A stretch of DNA of 64,000 nucleotides from a virus. The notes beneath the pieces are model-generated. The model had not been told where the DNA came from. It was given only the letters and a program-made list of their open reading frames with translations, and made no database searches. A program made the position numbers and the translations under genes. The stretch covers positions 93,226 through 157,225 of the IMG/VR virus record IMGVR_UViG_3300005274_000001. One strand, given 5' to 3'. Shown one piece after another: positions 59,100 through 64,000 of this stretch (the stretch's first letter is position 1; the number at the start of each line of letters is the position of its first letter).

Positions 59100-60497
59100 G
59101 TGGGGCTACTAAAGAAGATCACCGAAGACCTTGGATCTTTTACTCATTTGGTGGGCGTAGGTAAGGTCTACTCCCCTCTGAATACTTTTGGAATTAGTGA
59201 AATTAAGTCTTTCTTATCTGGTAGTAAATTTTACTCATTTAGCTTACTGAGTGGAGGCTGCTTTAGATTAATCGTTATTGATGTTGATCAAGAATGGGAA
59301 GAAAATAAAGTATTGCTTTTTCTTAACTACTTGTTTGAGGTTTACAATCTTAAAGTTTACGCTGAGAAAAGTATTGGTGGAAGGATTCATTTCTTGATTC
59401 CTTTCAACTCTGGAATAAAGTTTGAGGAGAGTAAAATATTCTTGAAGTTCATAGAGAGTGTGGCTATTGGCTTTTGGAGAGATGGCGTAGAGGTGTTTCC
59501 TAATGGTCGTTCTATAACGCTGATACTTGATGAGGTTTATGGAAGAAAAGGACTCTTGTTTTCAAATAGCGATTTTAAGAAAAAGTTAAGGTTCTTTTAT
59601 AGGTTTTTCAAAAAGCCGTTTTCTAACACCAAGAAAACTTTTGAGGAAATTTTAAAAACACACAAGGACTTTTTTGGCCTAAATTCTTATGTGAAAAAGG
59701 CTTTAAGTTCAAAGGGTGAAGAGATTGATGTTGTTAGCGTTGGAGAGGGGTTGGAAGATGTTTTTAGAGAGATTGTTCAAAAGATAGCAGAGAAAGATTA
59801 TGTTAGAGGTAGAAGAAACGATTTGATTTTTGAGTTATCTGGATTTCTAGCTTTCATGGGCAAAAGTTTTGAGGAAATAAAGAATCTTTTATGGCCCTTG
59901 ATTGAAAGGGATGATGAAAGAAGTAAAAGAATTGAGCTTATTATCCGGGCTTTAGCTAGAAAGCGTGAAGGAAAAAAGTTGTATTTTAAACAACTTCTTA
60001 CGATGTTTCCTAGTTTGGGTAACTTTGTTGTGAGAAAAAGCATCGAATATGCTGGTTTAGGAGATGTTGTTATGTCAAGGATTTCTAAAGAAACAAATGA
60101 TAAAAGAGTTTTAAAGGTTGCCAATTTTATATCTAAACTGACGAGTAAATACGGCAGTCGTGTGGTTCTTGGATACAATTCTCTGTCAAAAAACCTAAAT
60201 ATGAGCAAAAGAGATGTTTCGTTTGCGTTAAAGATGTTGAGCAATCTAGGAATTATAAGAAGAATTGCAAAAGGCAGATACTTGAATATTGATGGAGAAA
60301 AGATTTCTATAGGCTCGATTTATGAGGTTTGCATTTTGAGTGCAGCTTCTTTTGTCTACAAGATATCTAAAGATATGAAGTTTGCTTTTGAGGTAATTAA
60401 GAACAAAATTTGTGAAATGGGAGAATTTTACTTTTCTAAGGCGAACTTTGAGGAACTAAGAAAAAACAAATTCCTTTTGTTGAGTTCAACCAGTTAG
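59100..60497 (+). CDS. Putative replication initiator: AEP/prim-pol-like domain + PriCT-like region + winged HTH
   Basis: IVIDVD...KSIGGRIHFL...VEVFP, then GRRNDLIFELSG, then LSKNLNMSKRDVSFALKMLSNLGII. Confidence 0.6.
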   Translation: MGLLKKITEDLGSFTHLVGVGKVYSPLNTFGISEIKSFLSGSKFYSFSLLSGGCFRLIVIDVDQEWEENKVLLFLNYLFEVYNLKVYAEKSIGGRIHFLIPFNSGIKFEESKIFLKFIESVAIGFWRDGVEVFPNGRSITLILDEVYGRKGLLFSNSDFKKKLRFFYRFFKKPFSNTKKTFEEILKTHKDFFGLNSYVKKALSSKGEEIDVVSVGEGLEDVFREIVQKIAEKDYVRGRRNDLIFELSGFLAFMGKSFEEIKNLLWPLIERDDERSKRIELIIRALARKREGKKLYFKQLLTMFPSLGNFVVRKSIEYAGLGDVVMSRISKETNDKRVLKVANFISKLTSKYGSRVVLGYNSLSKNLNMSKRDVSFALKMLSNLGIIRRIAKGRYLNIDGEKISIGSIYEVCILSAASFVYKISKDMKFAFEVIKNKICEMGEFYFSKANFEELRKNKFLLLSSTS

Positions 60498-60545
60498 TAG
60501 AGAAAAAGTTGAAAGCAAAGGCAAAAAACAGAGGAGAGTGAGAAG

Positions 60546-61079
60546 ATGAAAAAGGCCATGATAGAATACGCAAAAAAGGAAGTAAATGATGAGTTTTACA
60601 CTCCCAGATTTGCAGTTGAACCTCTCTTGAAATACATACCCAAAGATAAAATACTATGGTGTCCCTTTGACACAGAAGATTCTAATTATGTTAAAGTTTT
60701 CAAGGAAAACGGCTACAAAGTCGTCTATTCACATATAAGTACAGGACAAGATTTCTTTTACTATGAACCAGATGAATACGATATTATCGCTTCTAATCCA
60801 CCATTTAGCATAAAAACAGAAGTTTTAAAAAGAGCCTATAGTCTTGGAAAACCCTTTGCGTTTTTGCTTCCAATAACTACCTTAGAAGGAAAACAAAGGG
60901 GAGAATTATTTAGAAAATATGGCCTTCAACTTATTATTTTTGATAAGCGAATAGAGTTTATATCTAATGAAAAATCTGGAGTTTGGTTTAACACTAGCTA
61001 TTTCTGTTATAAATTGCTACCAAAAGATTTGATTTTTGAAGAGTTGAAAGTTCACTACCAGAAAGATTCCATATTGTGA
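60546..61079 (+). CDS. Small DNA amino-methyltransferase (N6-adenine type)
   Basis: DEFYTP, WCPFD, GQDFF and catalytic SNPPFS. Confidence 0.8.
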   Translation: MKKAMIEYAKKEVNDEFYTPRFAVEPLLKYIPKDKILWCPFDTEDSNYVKVFKENGYKVVYSHISTGQDFFYYEPDEYDIIASNPPFSIKTEVLKRAYSLGKPFAFLLPITTLEGKQRGELFRKYGLQLIIFDKRIEFISNEKSGVWFNTSYFCYKLLPKDLIFEELKVHYQKDSIL

Positions 61080-62809
61080 TAATACAGATAATAGAAAAAC
61101 AGAAACCAGGTTGTTGCTGTTATGCTAGGAAATTCTCCAATTTCATATGTATCGTCATAACCAACCGAATAAGGAAGTAGTTCTTTTAAGATGAAGTTTT
61201 GTATTTTGTCTTTATCTTCTCTTAATTCAAGTTCGTTTTTGAAAATTAAATACTTTGCGTAAAGCGCCTGAAAATATCCTTCAAACCAAAGAAGATTTTT
61301 TGCGCCTGGATAACCAAATTCATTTGAATAGGGTTTGTATAGATTTGGTATGAAAGAAGTATTTGTTGGCCTTATTTTGAAAAATTGGTCCAAGTATTGA
61401 TAGTTTTTAAACACGCTGTTTATGTCAAAGCCAATTTTATAAAGGAAAATCGTACCCCAAGTATAAATATCTAACGCACCTGCTGTATCTTGGTATCCTT
61501 GCGTTAATTTTTCGCCGTCATAAATATTGTTTATGATAGCATTTTTTATTTGTTCTGCTTTTGTGTTGTAAATAGATTCGTTTGTTATATCATATACACT
61601 TTTTAATGCAAAGTAGCTATCTATGTTGTGTTCTGTGCTGTACCACGGAACTATATAAGAGGCATCGAAGTTCCATTGAGCGTCATAAATTCCGTAACCT
61701 CCTCTTACTAAACCGTTAGATTGTATTTCTCCTACTAAATAATCTGCTACGGATTTTATAAAGTTTTTATTTTCTACTGTTTGAAGTTCGGGGATATATT
61801 TGTATGCTTTCGCAAGCGCTTCTAAAAGCCAAGCTACCCCACCGTTTCTTATATATTCATCAGAAAAAAAGCCATAAGAAGGGTAGCTGAAGTTGAAAGA
61901 ATTTTTTGAATTTATTAAATTTTTTGAAGCGTTGAACATGTTAATAACGAGATTTTTTATATTCTCACTTGCACTAATCCTAAATTCTGATAACAAAGAT
62001 AACATTGTGAGCGCTAAATCATATATATATGTTCTCAAAAACGGAAAATCTCTATAACTTACTGGAAGGTAAGTTTTCCAATATGTAAAATCTTCTATAT
62101 CATCTATTTTTACCTTTACTGCCAAAACTTCTTTTTGGTCTGTTTTTTCTATATAATTCACATGAAGAAAATTATTCTCCACTAAAGAAAAGGATGGGTA
62201 GATTGTTTCTACGAGATGAGGTATATCAGTTATTTTATAAACTTCAACTCTATAATCTGTTCCAAACGGATAATAGAGCGTGTAGTCAATCGGTAAGTTA
62301 ATAATCATCCTAGATCCATTGTTCAGTAAAAACTTAACTATAACCGAATTTTCTGAAGGATTTCCATAAATCGGCCCCTCAAATCTCCATGTATTGTAGT
62401 CGCTTATTCCTTCGCTTTTAAGTCTTTCAAATTGAAGATATTCTATACCTGTTTTTACAAAAACTTGTATTTTGTTTAGTGAGTTATATAGAGCGTTGCT
62501 TATCCAAATTTTTATCTGGTTTCCTAAAAACTGATAATCAAGAATTAAATTTTTTATCTGTGTAAATTTTTTGAAGTTCTTGCTTATGGAAATTTTGTAT
62601 TCCCAGGTATTATTTAGACTATTTATCTCTATGTCAAATGTTGCATTGGGTTTTGTGAATAGATAGGCATTTGTGTTTTCTGTGAGTTCTATCAAGCGAT
62701 TTAAGAAATATTCTTTTAGCTGTTGTATAGAAAAAGTCCTTCTTTTTAGGACAACATCAGCGTCTAAAGAAGAGCTGTTTATTTCTTTTATTATTTTGTG
62801 TAGCTTCAT
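61055..62809 (-). CDS. Protein with C-terminal six-hairpin (alpha/alpha)6 glycosidase-like domain
   Basis: YIYDLAL, STEHNIDSYFAL, ALDIYTWG, WFEG, SITATTW helical-barrel motifs. Confidence 0.55.
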   Translation of the reverse strand: MKLHKIIKEINSSSLDADVVLKRRTFSIQQLKEYFLNRLIELTENTNAYLFTKPNATFDIEINSLNNTWEYKISISKNFKKFTQIKNLILDYQFLGNQIKIWISNALYNSLNKIQVFVKTGIEYLQFERLKSEGISDYNTWRFEGPIYGNPSENSVIVKFLLNNGSRMIINLPIDYTLYYPFGTDYRVEVYKITDIPHLVETIYPSFSLVENNFLHVNYIEKTDQKEVLAVKVKIDDIEDFTYWKTYLPVSYRDFPFLRTYIYDLALTMLSLLSEFRISASENIKNLVINMFNASKNLINSKNSFNFSYPSYGFFSDEYIRNGGVAWLLEALAKAYKYIPELQTVENKNFIKSVADYLVGEIQSNGLVRGGYGIYDAQWNFDASYIVPWYSTEHNIDSYFALKSVYDITNESIYNTKAEQIKNAIINNIYDGEKLTQGYQDTAGALDIYTWGTIFLYKIGFDINSVFKNYQYLDQFFKIRPTNTSFIPNLYKPYSNEFGYPGAKNLLWFEGYFQALYAKYLIFKNELELREDKDKIQNFILKELLPYSVGYDDTYEIGEFPSITATTWFLFFYYLYYHNMESFW

Positions 62810-62813
62810 AGGA

Positions 62814-63512
62814 CTAATTTATATACTTACCAATGCGATATACATATGGAGTGGGATATTCTGGTTCTCCAGATATATAAAATTTAAATTTTGACATATC
62901 AAATCCATCAAGGGTCTTCAATTTACCAATAACTTTTACTTCTCCTCCTGTAATTATTGGTTTAGACGATGAATAAGAAATTTCTAATACAGGTTCTTCT
63001 ATTTGCATATCAGTAATTCCTTCATAAATCCTCAAAGCCTTTTCTATTTCATTTATATTAGAGAAAGGTGTTATTGCACCCTTCATGTATGTACTTAACA
63101 AGGACAACCCTGGTGTGATTTTTTCTTTAAGTGTTGAACCCTCATTCACTACTGAGAGATTAAGACTTAATTTTTCTTTATTATTTACATATATTTCCAT
63201 GCTTATTTCTTTCAGATACTGCACTTCAAATTTAAGGTACAAATTCAAAAACTTTCTGTTTAGCTCAGAAGCAGTAATATCAGTACTATCTTTGAAATAC
63301 CAAAGATTTTGTTCTATGTTCTTAAATTCCGATGATTGATTAATGGTTTTAAGCAAAGAATCTTGAGGAGCACCTGGTGTCCTTATAAACCGTCCTACAT
63401 CTAATAGATGTTTCCATTTCTTTTTAATATCTTCAACACGAAATTCATTAATTAATTGTTTTGCTTCATCCCAATTTATAACTACATTTATTTTTAATAC
63501 TTTAAGTTCCAT
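62814..63512 (-). CDS. Hypothetical protein
   Basis: 232 aa, SD AAGGAGG. Confidence 0.75.
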   Translation of the reverse strand: MELKVLKINVVINWDEAKQLINEFRVEDIKKKWKHLLDVGRFIRTPGAPQDSLLKTINQSSEFKNIEQNLWYFKDSTDITASELNRKFLNLYLKFEVQYLKEISMEIYVNNKEKLSLNLSVVNEGSTLKEKITPGLSLLSTYMKGAITPFSNINEIEKALRIYEGITDMQIEEPVLEISYSSSKPIITGGEVKVIGKLKTLDGFDMSKFKFYISGEPEYPTPYVYRIGKYIN

Positions 63513-63527
63513 ATACCTCCTTAATAT

Positions 63528-63845
63528 TTATATTTCCCTTTTTACACAAAAACAATGTACATTTAAAATTGAATCCATACCATATAAATGTAATTCTGAT
63601 GGGGCAGGAGCCTCAGAATGCGGATTCTGCAGAATTGTGCTATATGAATTATTATCGTCATATATTACGCATAATCCAACAACATTTTGATTTGTTGTGT
63701 GGAAAATAACACTTTTTGTTTCTTCATTAAATGCTAAAGTGCAGTCATTGCTTTTTTCATATATAGCAAATATTACATCACTTACTGAATCAACTGGGAA
63801 GAAGACAAAAGAATCTTCATTAGGTTGCACAAGAGTATCTTTCAA
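63528..63845 (-). CDS. Hypothetical protein
   Basis: 105 aa; start uncertain (TTG; an out-of-frame ATG lies at 63850). Confidence 0.6.
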   Translation of the reverse strand: MKDTLVQPNEDSFVFFPVDSVSDVIFAIYEKSNDCTLAFNEETKSVIFHTTNQNVVGLCVIYDDNNSYSTILQNPHSEAPAPSELHLYGMDSILNVHCFCVKREI

Positions 63846-63852
63846 AACATAT

Positions 63853-64000
63853 TTACTCTTTACTGAAATATATGCCTGTACAACTAAATCTAAAGTATTT
63901 GAAGTTAAATTTTTGATTTTTACTAAAATACCCTTCTTGTTTTGTTCAAATTTTACTTCAAATGGTTCTGATCCCCCACCTGGCTGTGAGCAGATACAAT
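63853..64000 (-). CDS. 3' end of a gene entering from the right edge
   Basis: Open frame CICSQPGGGSEPFEVKFEQ...YISVKE ending at TAA 63855-63853. Confidence 0.6.

Noticed and set aside
574-63339. Many short antisense or nested ORFs in the track (e.g. 574-813, 958-1218, 2371-2640, 6858-7157, 30451-30879, 33950-34159, 39514-40894, 59798-60244)
   Set aside because: They lie within longer motif-bearing genes, mostly on the opposite strand, lack SD or promoter signals, and read as low-complexity shadows.
63843-63852. ATG TTT TGA just upstream of ORF 63528-63845 as another homopolymer frameshift
   Set aside because: One extra T would give an ATG start, but the run is only T4 and the TTG start is adequate; cannot be decided from sequence.
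1-64000. CRISPR array or mini-array suggested by the Cas4-like genes
   Set aside because: No 25-40 nt direct repeats with spacers seen; almost no intergenic space.
1-64000. tRNA/ncRNA genes, introns and inteins in dnaB, recA, thyX, dnaG
   Set aside because: No cloverleaf or T-loop motif in the few gaps; these proteins have normal length and contiguous motifs.
1-64000. Stop-codon reassignment
   Set aside because: Standard code 11 gives near-complete coding density and TAA, TAG and TGA all end genes; the breaks seen are frame changes, not in-frame stops.

Overview
A 64 kb, densely coding, AT-rich segment (roughly 30-33% GC by eye) of a large lytic myovirus. Gene content and order match, from memory, Thermus phages phiYS40/TMA; this needs a BLAST check. 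Left half (1-41.8 kb): morphogenesis genes (tape-measure-like protein, M23 peptidase, head-tail adaptor, baseplate J, fibritin-like protein, baseplate hub, tail chaperone, tail spike/fibre cassette, portal), interrupted by an oppositely oriented, sigma-A-promoter-driven radical SAM operon. Right half (41.8-61 kb): early replication, recombination and nucleotide genes (speD, Hc1-like, SSB, dut, thyX, recA, Sak/Rad52, dnaB, GMP reductase, two Cas4/RecB-like nucleases, dnaG, degenerate tk, clpP, SF2 helicase, Rep-like protein, DNA methyltransferase). Most notable: (i) an unannotated candidate -1 programmed frameshift at 23488-23506 that fuses a tail-chaperone-like ORF to 180 further codons; (ii) a three-gene operon pairing a TNSSS-motif protein with a radical SAM enzyme; (iii) a tape-measure gene with a distinct oligonucleotide signature (no GATC, almost no CCC/GGG); (iv) pervasive leaderless promoter architecture that corrects several ORF starts; (v) two genes broken by a single extra A in an A7 run. 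I saw no tRNA, rRNA, CRISPR array, intein, intron or integrase.
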